64,000 bases of DNA, taken from the NCBI GenBank assembly GCA_026015035.1, contig JAOZHB010000061.1, forward strand, positions 4,424 through 68,423, read 5' to 3'. Numbering within the stretch: the first letter of the stretch is position 1; every line of letters begins with the position of its first letter. This document shows positions 56,968 through 64,000 of the stretch, in pieces. Below the pieces are notes generated by a model, which saw only the letters and a list, made by a program, of their open reading frames with translations, was not told the DNA's origin and made no database searches. The stretch comes from Candidatus Bathyarchaeota archaeon. Lineage in GTDB: Archaea > Thermoproteota > Bathyarchaeia > RBG-16-48-13 > GCA-020355125. The translations under genes were made by a program, and so were the position numbers.

Positions 56968-57813
56968 CTTCCCGTTCATCATGTTCCTCGACTTCATCGT
57001 AGCTTCTTCCACGGCCTTAATGAAGGCAGATCGAACTCCAGCCGCTTCTAAGACATATAGGCCTTGCACGGTAGTTCCCCCCGGCGTTGCCACCATGTCC
57101 TTTAGTACAGCTGGGTGCTTACCCATCTCTAACACCATCCTAGCCGCGCCGACCAACGTTTGAGCCGCCAGCGTCAAACTCAATCCCTTCGGAAGCCCCA
57201 TTTTCACGCCTCCATCAGCGAGGGCCTCGATCACAAGATACGCGTAGGCCGGGCCGCTTCCACTCAGCCCAGTAACAGCATCCAGGTGGTTCTCAGCGGT
57301 AACTGCTACTCGCCCAATCGACGTGAAAAGCCTCTTCGCCTCTGCGATGTCGTCGTCTGTAACGAGCTCGGTTGGTGCGAGGACGATCATGCCCTCCCCT
57401 ATCAAGCAGGGATTGTTGGGCATGACTCGGATCAACTTCAATCGCTTCCCCGCTCCTTCGAAGAGACGGCGGGTCGTGACCCCGGCTGCTATCGAGATGA
57501 CGAGGTGGCTTGGAGTGAGTTTATCTCCCAGATCCCGTAAAACTGTTGGCGCCGCCTTTGGCGGAACCGCCAAGATGACGATGTCGCTCTCCGCGACGAC
57601 CCCAGCATTGTCCTCGCAACATCGTACGTTTAAATGTTCACAAACGCTTCTTCGCCGCTCCTCACTGATGTCACTTACCCTGAGTAAATCCTCGTCGATA
57701 CCGGACTTAATCAACCCCGTGAGCAGGGCCTCCCCCATCTTTCCCGCGCCTATGACGCCTATACGCCTCACATCATCGTCCTCCAAAACTTGAGCACTTC
57801 TTCGTTTAAACAC
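56962..57813 (-). CDS. proC: Pyrroline-5-carboxylate reductase
   Basis: 283 aa with RIGVIGAGKMGEAL (Rossmann), RVMPNNPCLIGEG and VATPGGTTVQGL. Confidence 0.9.
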   Translation of the reverse strand: MFKRRSAQVLEDDDVRRIGVIGAGKMGEALLTGLIKSGIDEDLLRVSDISEERRRSVCEHLNVRCCEDNAGVVAESDIVILAVPPKAAPTVLRDLGDKLTPSHLVISIAAGVTTRRLFEGAGKRLKLIRVMPNNPCLIGEGMIVLAPTELVTDDDIAEAKRLFTSIGRVAVTAENHLDAVTGLSGSGPAYAYLVIEALADGGVKMGLPKGLSLTLAAQTLVGAARMVLEMGKHPAVLKDMVATPGGTTVQGLYVLEAAGVRSAFIKAVEEATMKSRNMMNGKS

Positions 57814-58004
57814 ATGTGACCTCGATTTCGATTAGATAGTATGTGTGAAAACCGAATATATGAATGTGTCTTTACGCGTGGATAGATACCTAGGTTGGTT
57901 TTCTGACGTAGAGAACTGTATCTTGTGTGTTTCGTTGTTTAAGCCTTAACATTGCCTAAACTTTTCGATTCGTTTAGGCAACCACCTAGGTAGCTAGATC
58001 GTAG

Positions 58005-59036
58005 TTATCCTAGCAGTTGAGTTATCAGAACCCACATGGGCTCCTTGCCCAAGGCGTACGTCTGAAGAGGCTGCAGCTGACCGCTTTGTTGGTTTATTCG
58101 GTACGAGGCAAGTCTCCCAGACTCCAGTCCAGCCGCGTAAAGGTAGTACCCGCTGGGGTCCAGGTTGAAAGCGCGGGGTATGGGTTCCGTGGGGATCCAT
58201 CCGGTTGACGTCAGTCGCCCCGTCTCGGAGTCGATGGAGAAACAGGCGATGGTGTTGTGGCCTCGGTTCGGCGCGTACAGGAACTTTCCGGACGGTGCAA
58301 TCTGGATCTGAGCACAGCTATTTCTACCGAGGAAGTCTCGCGGTAATGTTGGTACCGTCTGAAACGGTGACAAGGTGCCTGCATCGGGATCCATCCGGTA
58401 TCCCGTGAGGCTGCATCCCTGTTCGTTAGAAAAGTAGAGGATTGGCTTGCTCGGGTGGAAGCAGAAATGGCGGGGGCCAAGTTGTGACGCGGGTTCAACT
58501 GTGGGTGGCGCGTTGGGCGTCAGATGCCCTGTGTCCGCATCGAACTTGAACTGAAGAATCATATTAGGACCGTTGGAGCCTGCAATATGGGGTACGAAGA
58601 CGAACTGATTCGTCGGGTCGGCCTGTATTGAATGGGCTCCTCGCCCCGTGGCTAACCAGACTACGGGCGGAGTGGTGGGGGCGCCGTCATCGTCTATCAG
58701 GTGAACCGCGACTCCTCCGGCTTCGTAGTACGATGAGAAGAGGAAACGGCCGGTTCTGTCGGTCGCCAGGTAGCAGGGATCGGATTTGAGTGGCACGGTG
58801 CCCGTTTGTGAGAGGCCTCCGGTTTCGTGGTCAATTCTGTATCCCGAAATCTTTCGTTCGTCTCGCCGTCCAACGTACAGGTATTTGCGTTGGGGATCCA
58901 CAGCTAGAGGCGCTGGGCGACCTGACACCTCAGCGTCACCTCGGGGTGTGAGGGAGCCCGTCTCTCCATCCACCGTTAAGAGTGCTATCCGGTCTTCGCC
59001 AGCGATGGAAATGTACATCTGATAAATCATCGTCAT
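58005..59036 (-). CDS. Lactonase, 7-bladed beta-propeller (6-phosphogluconolactonase-like, COG2706)
   Basis: ORF 58005..59060. The ATG at 59036 sits 4 nt after GAAGGAGCG. Repeated blade motifs (P..L..DP.G.FLY..N) run throughout. Confidence 0.85.
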   Translation of the reverse strand: MTMIYQMYISIAGEDRIALLTVDGETGSLTPRGDAEVSGRPAPLAVDPQRKYLYVGRRDERKISGYRIDHETGGLSQTGTVPLKSDPCYLATDRTGRFLFSSYYEAGGVAVHLIDDDGAPTTPPVVWLATGRGAHSIQADPTNQFVFVPHIAGSNGPNMILQFKFDADTGHLTPNAPPTVEPASQLGPRHFCFHPSKPILYFSNEQGCSLTGYRMDPDAGTLSPFQTVPTLPRDFLGRNSCAQIQIAPSGKFLYAPNRGHNTIACFSIDSETGRLTSTGWIPTEPIPRAFNLDPSGYYLYAAGLESGRLASYRINQQSGQLQPLQTYALGKEPMWVLITQLLG

Positions 59037-59263
59037 ATCTCGCTCCTTCGATAAGTACATACTTCTTCCTTCTCGATGCTTTTAAAATAGATGGTGGAGC
59101 CCCCCTTGTTCTACGACCGCCCCCACAAGCCAACTCTCCCATTTTTCTTCGTGTGGAGGAGGGGGTTAATCGAAAAAAAATTTTCCAGGAAAGGAGCAGA
59201 AATCGCGGCGTATTTCCTCAAAAGCGCCCAGAAAACGGCTCATGGTACAGGGAAATGACACGG

Positions 59264-59279
59264 ATAATGCATGCATTAT
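59264..59279. promoter_or_regulatory. Perfect 16-nt palindrome ATAATGCATGCATTAT
   Basis: Self-complementary, in the 700-nt gene-poor spacer upstream of the lactonase gene. Confidence 0.3.
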
Positions 59280-59303
59280 GCCATGTAAAATCCGTCTTAA
59301 CCC

Positions 59304-59614
59304 GTGAGCATCCGAGGAGCGCGCGTGCTAAACGCAGAGTGGTGCAACTCTCGTCATGACTTTGACCTACCTCTCGTCACTAACACGCAGATCGTTGAGA
59401 AGGGTGGGAAAGGTTCGGTGGTCTACGCCCTCATACATGGTATTAACTATGGGGGGTGTTTGCAGTGGCAGTGCTTGATTACCATGGTGTTAGTAAACTG
59501 GTTGTGAAGGCCATCATCCAGAATTACGATGGCGCAATCAAACTTATAACTGAGCAAATAAGAGCTATCCAGCTGGCTGAGTGTCGCGGGGATATCGTAC
59601 CCTCCGTGGTGTAA
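59304..59614 (+). pseudogene. Possible frameshifted small gene split at a G6 run
   Basis: ORF 59304..59507 (...VVYALIHGINYGG) and a second frame from 59456 (VFAVAVLDYHGVSKLVVKAIIQNYDGAIKLITEQIRAIQLAECRGDIVPSVV, stop 59612-59614) would fuse if the G6 run at 59451-59456 were G7. Confidence 0.25.
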
Positions 59615-59672
59615 GTATCACGAGGGTGAAGCGAGTTTTGGGGGCTTGTTGAGGATTTACTGTTCACATGGG

Positions 59673-59682
59673 AGCTAGCTAG
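59673..59682. repeat. (AGCT)n tract AGCTAGCTAG
   Basis: 10 nt in register, about 90 nt upstream of the 59775 gene. Confidence 0.9.
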
Positions 59683-59774
59683 TAGCCTTATAGAGTGAAA
59701 CGCTAGATTTCTCTCATGATTTACGATACTCACAATTCATAAATAAATTACCATCAGACATAGCGTTGAGGTGA

Positions 59775-60281
59775 ATGTATGTTAAAAAAGCTTTTCACGG
59801 TGTCCTTCCCACGCTAATGGTTCTTGCAATAGTCTCTATATCCTTTAGTGTTCTTGGCGTTCAGGGCTTACTTAATTCGGAAACAGAAGTATCGGGAAGC
59901 ATTCTTTCACCCGTGTGGGCGACAGAGCTGCCAACAATAGAGAAGGAAGTGGGTCAATATGTACACTTTAAAGCCACGATCAAAAACACTGGTAATGTTG
60001 AAACGACGTATTGCATCGTTGCGAAGTGGAGTGAACACGGGGTTGAGGAAAGGGAGACAGCTGGCCTTGCAGATGCACGATTGAGTCCGGGTCAATCAGA
60101 GACGTTAGCCATAGGTTCTGTTGAATGCATGGAAGCGATGATGGGTAAATACTTTGACGTGAAATTCATTCTTTACCAGTGGGACACAGAGATAGTACTG
60201 GAAGAAAAGGTGATTGTTGAGGCCTTCTACGTTAAAGAGGTAGTAGTAAGCGGAGATATAACAGGTTACTGGGTAGAATAA
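59775..60281 (+). CDS. Secreted/anchored protein with CARDB-like beta-sandwich
   Basis: 168 aa with an N-terminal signal/anchor LPTLMVLAIVSISFSVLGV. VHFKATIKNTGNVETTYCIVAKW resembles the CARDB pattern. Confidence 0.55.
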   Translation: MYVKKAFHGVLPTLMVLAIVSISFSVLGVQGLLNSETEVSGSILSPVWATELPTIEKEVGQYVHFKATIKNTGNVETTYCIVAKWSEHGVEERETAGLADARLSPGQSETLAIGSVECMEAMMGKYFDVKFILYQWDTEIVLEEKVIVEAFYVKEVVVSGDITGYWVE

Positions 60282-60446
60282 CAATAAGAATATCCTCTCC
60301 TCCTCTTTTTTCTTTTGAGGCTTAATCAAGAATTTGTTAGCTTACAACTACCTGTTGACACTAGTTCATTCTCATATTTTATCTCTATTTTTATTGAGAA
60401 GGCCTAGTTTATTTTTGAATTAGAATGAATTAGTATTTCGAACGCG

Positions 60447-60458
60447 TAGCTAGCTAGC
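60447..60458. repeat. (AGCT)n 12-mer TAGCTAGCTAGC overlapping a stop codon
   Basis: The minus-strand TAG stop of the 60454 gene lies inside the tract. Confidence 0.95.
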
Positions 60459-61041
60459 AATTCAAGTCCGCTTTCCGTGAAGGAATTCCGATCCATCTTG
60501 GGATTCTGTTCATGTATTCTTGGTATGCTTTGCCATACTTCTCAAGGCATTCGCGTTCTTCGTGAAGTACTACGCGGTGCCACAGAACTATTTCCGTAAT
60601 CGCTAGCAACATATACATCCACGAGACGCAGGCTAAGCCAGTACCGATGCCTTTCAAGAACTCACCAATATACATGGGATTTCTAGACACGCGATAGATA
60701 CCCGTGGTAACAGGTTTATCCACTGGGGTAACCGCAAAAGTGCGTAATGCAGTAATCTCTATCAATATACCGACAACGTAAAGGAGTAACCCCATATAGA
60801 ACCATAATGTGCATGGTTTCAGGGGTAAGAATATACTATAAACGTATGAAACTATGAAGGTTAAGGTCAGAATTCGAGTAAGAGGCTTTCCGTTTTTCTC
60901 ACTTCTGGGCGTCTTACTCAGTATATTTCTTCTTCGAAGGATCTTACTGCCAACAGGCCAGAAGAAAAATTCGGGAAGGTTAAGAATCCACGCATTCCAC
61001 AACCCTAACTCAAAAGCCGTTACAAAGGACATGCCTTTCAC
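60454..61041 (-). CDS. Isoprenylcysteine carboxyl methyltransferase / phospholipid methyltransferase family membrane protein
   Basis: 195 aa with 4-5 TM helices and the signature TTGIYRVSRNPMYIGEF...HEERECLEKYGKAYQEYMNRIPRWI. Confidence 0.8.
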   Translation of the reverse strand: MKGMSFVTAFELGLWNAWILNLPEFFFWPVGSKILRRRNILSKTPRSEKNGKPLTRILTLTFIVSYVYSIFLPLKPCTLWFYMGLLLYVVGILIEITALRTFAVTPVDKPVTTGIYRVSRNPMYIGEFLKGIGTGLACVSWMYMLLAITEIVLWHRVVLHEERECLEKYGKAYQEYMNRIPRWIGIPSRKADLNC

Positions 61042-61056
61042 ATAGTTTATTTCAGT

Positions 61057-61067
61057 CTAGCTAGCTA
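61057..61067. repeat. (AGCT)n tract CTAGCTAGCTA
   Basis: 11 nt in register, in the 67-nt divergent spacer between the starts at 61041 (-) and 61109 (+). Confidence 0.9.
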
Positions 61068-61108
61068 ATAAAAATAGAATATGTAACTTTCAGGTAGGAG
61101 GTTGTGTT

Positions 61109-62626
61109 ATGGCAGAAACAAAGAGTCATATTTTACCTCGTATAGGCTTCGTTTTAGAACAGTTGAATCCACCCCAAAACGTTAATGTTATTGTAGTTGT
61201 TTCAGATACTTTTCGCCGCGACCATGCTGGTTGCTATGGGAGCCGTGCGAGGACACCTAACCTAGACAAGTTTGCTAAAGAAGCTGCGATCTTTGAAGAG
61301 GCTTACGTAGCTTCATTTCCAACGATTCCCAACCGAACAGACCACTTCACTGGTCGTTATACATTTCCTTGGCGTCCTTGGTCACCGCTCCCAACAGACG
61401 AGTTGGTACTCGCTGAAGCAGTTGGATTTCACGACGTTATTTCTATGCTTATTGCTGATAACCACCACCTCTTCGAAGAAGACTTTAACTTTAATCGAAG
61501 ATTTTCAGGGTGGTACTGGAACCGTGGACAGGAAGGAGATAATTTTGTAACTGATGCAGATATCCCCATCGTCTACCCATGCGCAAAAGAAAAAATCGCT
61601 AAAATGGGGGAGATAGAGGGCTTCCCCCACGCTCCGCGGTATGAAAACATTTGTCGTAACCGATATCATCGCAGGGTGGAGACTGACTGGTTTGCTCCTG
61701 GAACCCTTTCGAAGGCGATGGATTGGCTGGACCACAATTATCTTCATAAAAGTTTTCTTCTATGGATTGACCTCTTCGACTGCCACGAACCCTTTGATCC
61801 TCCCCAATACTATATTGATATGTACGATCCTGATTACGACCTTGAAGAGGACTGCGACTACCCAATACGAACGAGTGAAAGTCTCGGGGTATACTCTGAA
61901 CGGGAAATACGACACATACGAGCCCGGTACAAGGGAGAGATTACCATGGTAGACAAGTGGTTTGGGAGGTTAATGGAAAAAGTCGACGATTTGAAACTAA
62001 GAGAAAAAACTTTGGTGGTGTTTACCACTGATCACGGGTGGCACTTTGGTTATCGCGGAGATTGGACTGGGACACAATTTGGTAAAGAGATCCCACCTGA
62101 AGGCTTCACAAAACCGATCATACATATACCCCTACTCATTCGAATGCCAGATGGCACAGGAGCAGGAAAACGAATTCAAGGTCTAGCACAGCCTGTTGAC
62201 ACGATGCCCACAATACTGGATTTTTTGGGCATAACTAAACCAGAAGCCTCACGTGAAATCGCGATAGACCTGTTTGATTGGGATGTAAAGAAAGGAAGGA
62301 AAGGCGAATCCCTTGCATCTAAACCATTCCATGGCAAATCATTGCTCCCGCTGATAAAAGGTGAATCGAGTAAACAGAGAGAATTCGCGCTTTCTGGGAG
62401 TTACGATAGGTGTATCCAGCTAACAAACTCGCAATGGAGTTATAGCTGCACAAGGAAAGAAAATAAGTGGACTAAAACAGCCCTCTGGAACTTCACAAAA
62501 GACCCAACCCAACAAAACAACATAATAACCCAAGAAGTAGAAGTAGCCAAAGAACTTCACAAAAAGCTAATACAATACTTAAAAGGAATTAACACTCCTG
62601 AAAATCTAATTAATCAATTAGAGTGA
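61109..62626 (+). CDS. Sulfatase-family (AlkP superfamily) hydrolase with Thr at the formylglycine position
   Basis: 505 aa with VVVSDTFRRDH (metal Asp), SFPTIPNRTDHFTG in place of the C/S-x-P-x-R motif, and FTTDHGWHFGYRG. Confidence 0.8.
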   Translation: MAETKSHILPRIGFVLEQLNPPQNVNVIVVVSDTFRRDHAGCYGSRARTPNLDKFAKEAAIFEEAYVASFPTIPNRTDHFTGRYTFPWRPWSPLPTDELVLAEAVGFHDVISMLIADNHHLFEEDFNFNRRFSGWYWNRGQEGDNFVTDADIPIVYPCAKEKIAKMGEIEGFPHAPRYENICRNRYHRRVETDWFAPGTLSKAMDWLDHNYLHKSFLLWIDLFDCHEPFDPPQYYIDMYDPDYDLEEDCDYPIRTSESLGVYSEREIRHIRARYKGEITMVDKWFGRLMEKVDDLKLREKTLVVFTTDHGWHFGYRGDWTGTQFGKEIPPEGFTKPIIHIPLLIRMPDGTGAGKRIQGLAQPVDTMPTILDFLGITKPEASREIAIDLFDWDVKKGRKGESLASKPFHGKSLLPLIKGESSKQREFALSGSYDRCIQLTNSQWSYSCTRKENKWTKTALWNFTKDPTQQNNIITQEVEVAKELHKKLIQYLKGINTPENLINQLE

Positions 62627-62863
62627 CTCTACACAGACGACAATTACTACTCGAATACTTTTTTTCTGCTAAACCTTTTATCTTTTACTAAGAGCTGTCT
62701 AGGAATCATCGAACGACAAGCCTTTATCCCACTATATGCTGAACTTTTCCTTACACATGATCTTCCTACACCCACCTTTCAAGTAATTTTCAGTGGAAAC
62801 CAATTTATTGGAACATCTCTCATTGATTATGGTAATAGTCTTGTAGATTTAGGGGGTTAAGAA

Positions 62864-64000
62864 GTGGGATACGACTTGGTTATTAAAAATGGCTACGTAA
62901 TAGACGGTACAGGAAGTCCTAGGTTTAAAGCCAACGTCTATGTTGATGAAGGAAAGATCGTTAAGGTTAATTCAGAAGGACCTGAGTACGGGGATAAGGT
63001 AATCGACGCCAAGGGACTGATAGTCTGCCCTGGTTTCTTGGACATGCACAGCCATACAGACCTAACCATATTCGGGAATAAGCGGGCTGAGAGCTTCATA
63101 CGCCAGGGGGTGACAACTCTATACGTTACTCCTGATGGTTGGTCCCCGGCGCCAGTCGTGGCGCGTTACCGAGAAGACCTCAAGAACTACTATGAAACCC
63201 TTTCATTCGGAGTATCACTGCCATTCAACTGGGATACGTATGGGGATTACTTTAACAGGCTGGTGGAGGGGGGTCTTGGGTTGAACTTCCGCGCCAACGT
63301 TGGCTTCGGAACTGTCAGGATAGATGCTATGGGCTTCGAGATGCGTGAACCTACTCGAGCTGAGATGGAGCACATGAAGGAGTTAGTTGACCAAGCTTTC
63401 AGAGATGGAGTCTGCGGTATGTCAACGGGGTTGAGCTACTATCCCCAATGCTACTCAACGACCAGTGAGGTATTGGAGTTGTGTCAAGTTGTAGCCAAGC
63501 ATGGTGGCCTCTACCACACTCACACGAGAGGGGGATTAGAGGGCGTGAGAGAAGCTTTAGAGTTAGGTGAGCGATCCGGTATACCTGTTAACCTGACTCA
63601 CACGACCCCATCAGACGAGATGTACAAAGTCATAAAAGGAGCTGAGGCAAGGGGAGTGGATGTCACCTTTGACGCTTATCCCTACACAGCTGGCTCCAGC
63701 TTTCTCTCAGGAATATACTTACCAGGGTGGGTTCACGAGGGTGGACCAGAAGAGATGCTCACAAAGATAAGGAAACCAGAGGTAAGAGAGAGGATACAAC
63801 GAGAGTGGAGAAAGAACGCACCTGAGACGTGGCCAAACGGCCACCGTAACACGCCACTCATTGCGTGGTGTCAGAACGAGAGGTGTAGGAAGTACGAAGG
63901 AAAAACCGTAAACGAGGTCGCAGATATGATGGATGTGTCCCTCGTTGATGCCCTCTGCAACTTGCTGATAGAGAATAAGGCCAATGTAATGCGGGTCGGT
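62864..64000 (+). CDS. N-acyl-D-amino-acid deacylase (D-aminoacylase, amidohydrolase family), C-terminus beyond window
   Basis: Absent from the ORF track because it is open at the right edge. GTG start 8 nt after AGGGGG. My translation is MGYDLVIKNGYVIDGTGSPRFKANVYVDEGKIVKV...GLIVCPGFLDMHSHTD (HxH metal site)...GGLYHTHTR. The frame stays open to nt 64000. Confidence 0.85.
   Translation, partial: MGYDLVIKNGYVIDGTGSPRFKANVYVDEGKIVKVNSEGPEYGDKVIDAKGLIVCPGFLDMHSHTDLTIFGNKRAESFIRQGVTTLYVTPDGWSPAPVVARYREDLKNYYETLSFGVSLPFNWDTYGDYFNRLVEGGLGLNFRANVGFGTVRIDAMGFEMREPTRAEMEHMKELVDQAFRDGVCGMSTGLSYYPQCYSTTSEVLELCQVVAKHGGLYHTHTRGGLEGVREALELGERSGIPVNLTHTTPSDEMYKVIKGAEARGVDVTFDAYPYTAGSSFLSGIYLPGWVHEGGPEEMLTKIRKPEVRERIQREWRKNAPETWPNGHRNTPLIAWCQNERCRKYEGKTVNEVADMMDVSLVDALCNLLIENKANVMRVG

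Noticed and set aside
58982-59359. 125-aa plus-strand ORF
   Set aside because: Its 5' part is antisense to the lactonase start region, and the rest is low-complexity.
1-64000. CRISPR arrays, rRNA, tRNA and transposase or integrase genes
   Set aside because: I saw no regularly spaced direct repeats, no tRNA-like T-arm consensus in the spacers I read, and no transposase or integrase motifs. A covariance-model scan would still be needed to exclude small ncRNAs such as C/D-box sRNAs.

Overview
Archaeal chromosomal window, about 85 percent coding, with no rRNA, tRNA or CRISPR array recognised. Marker genes suggest a TACK-type archaeon (Thaumarchaeota/Aigarchaeota/Bathyarchaeota-like) with anaerobic metabolism: eukaryote-type topoisomerase IB, gins23-mcm synteny, ferredoxin-dependent POR and AOR, and hybrid-cluster protein. 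Layout: (1) 1-7 kb holds a partial FAD dehydrogenase, endonuclease III and a serine block (ParB/Srx-fold SerK-like protein, serS, class V aminotransferase, serA). (2) 7-19 kb holds a PRC-barrel protein, a five-OB RPA, a MetE-like protein, porGDAB, topo IB, a Y-family polymerase and a MOP flippase. (3) 19-26 kb looks AT-richer by eye and gene-poor, with micro-genes (two zinc ribbons, small membrane proteins), rpl37e, LarA-like and membrane proteins. (4) 25-33 kb is a lipid/glycan-type cluster (AlkP-fold enzyme, UbiA prenyltransferase, sugar nucleotidyltransferase, two overlapping micro-ORFs, Gfo/Idh/MocA oxidoreductase), followed by an Lhr helicase and an AglH-like GT4. (5) 33-38 kb reads priL-priS-gins51-rpl44e-rps27e-aIF2alpha-nop10. 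(6) 38-41 kb is a loose accessory patch (RHH protein, OB-fold protein with an unknown N-domain, 4-OT tautomerase). (7) 41-47 kb holds ArsR-hcp, PAC2 and a non-pyrrolysine MtmB homolog. (8) 46.5-51.5 kb reads gins23-mcm-hel308. (9) 51-59 kb is housekeeping (nitroreductase, prs, aor, proC, lactonase). (10) 59.6-64 kb is an AT-richer islet (CARDB-like, ICMT-like, Thr-type sulfatase-like, partial D-aminoacylase). The main unexplained signal is a self-complementary (AGCT)n / CTAGCTAG tract found at 16 intergenic sites and in no confident CDS. All family calls come from motif recognition by eye; no database search was possible.
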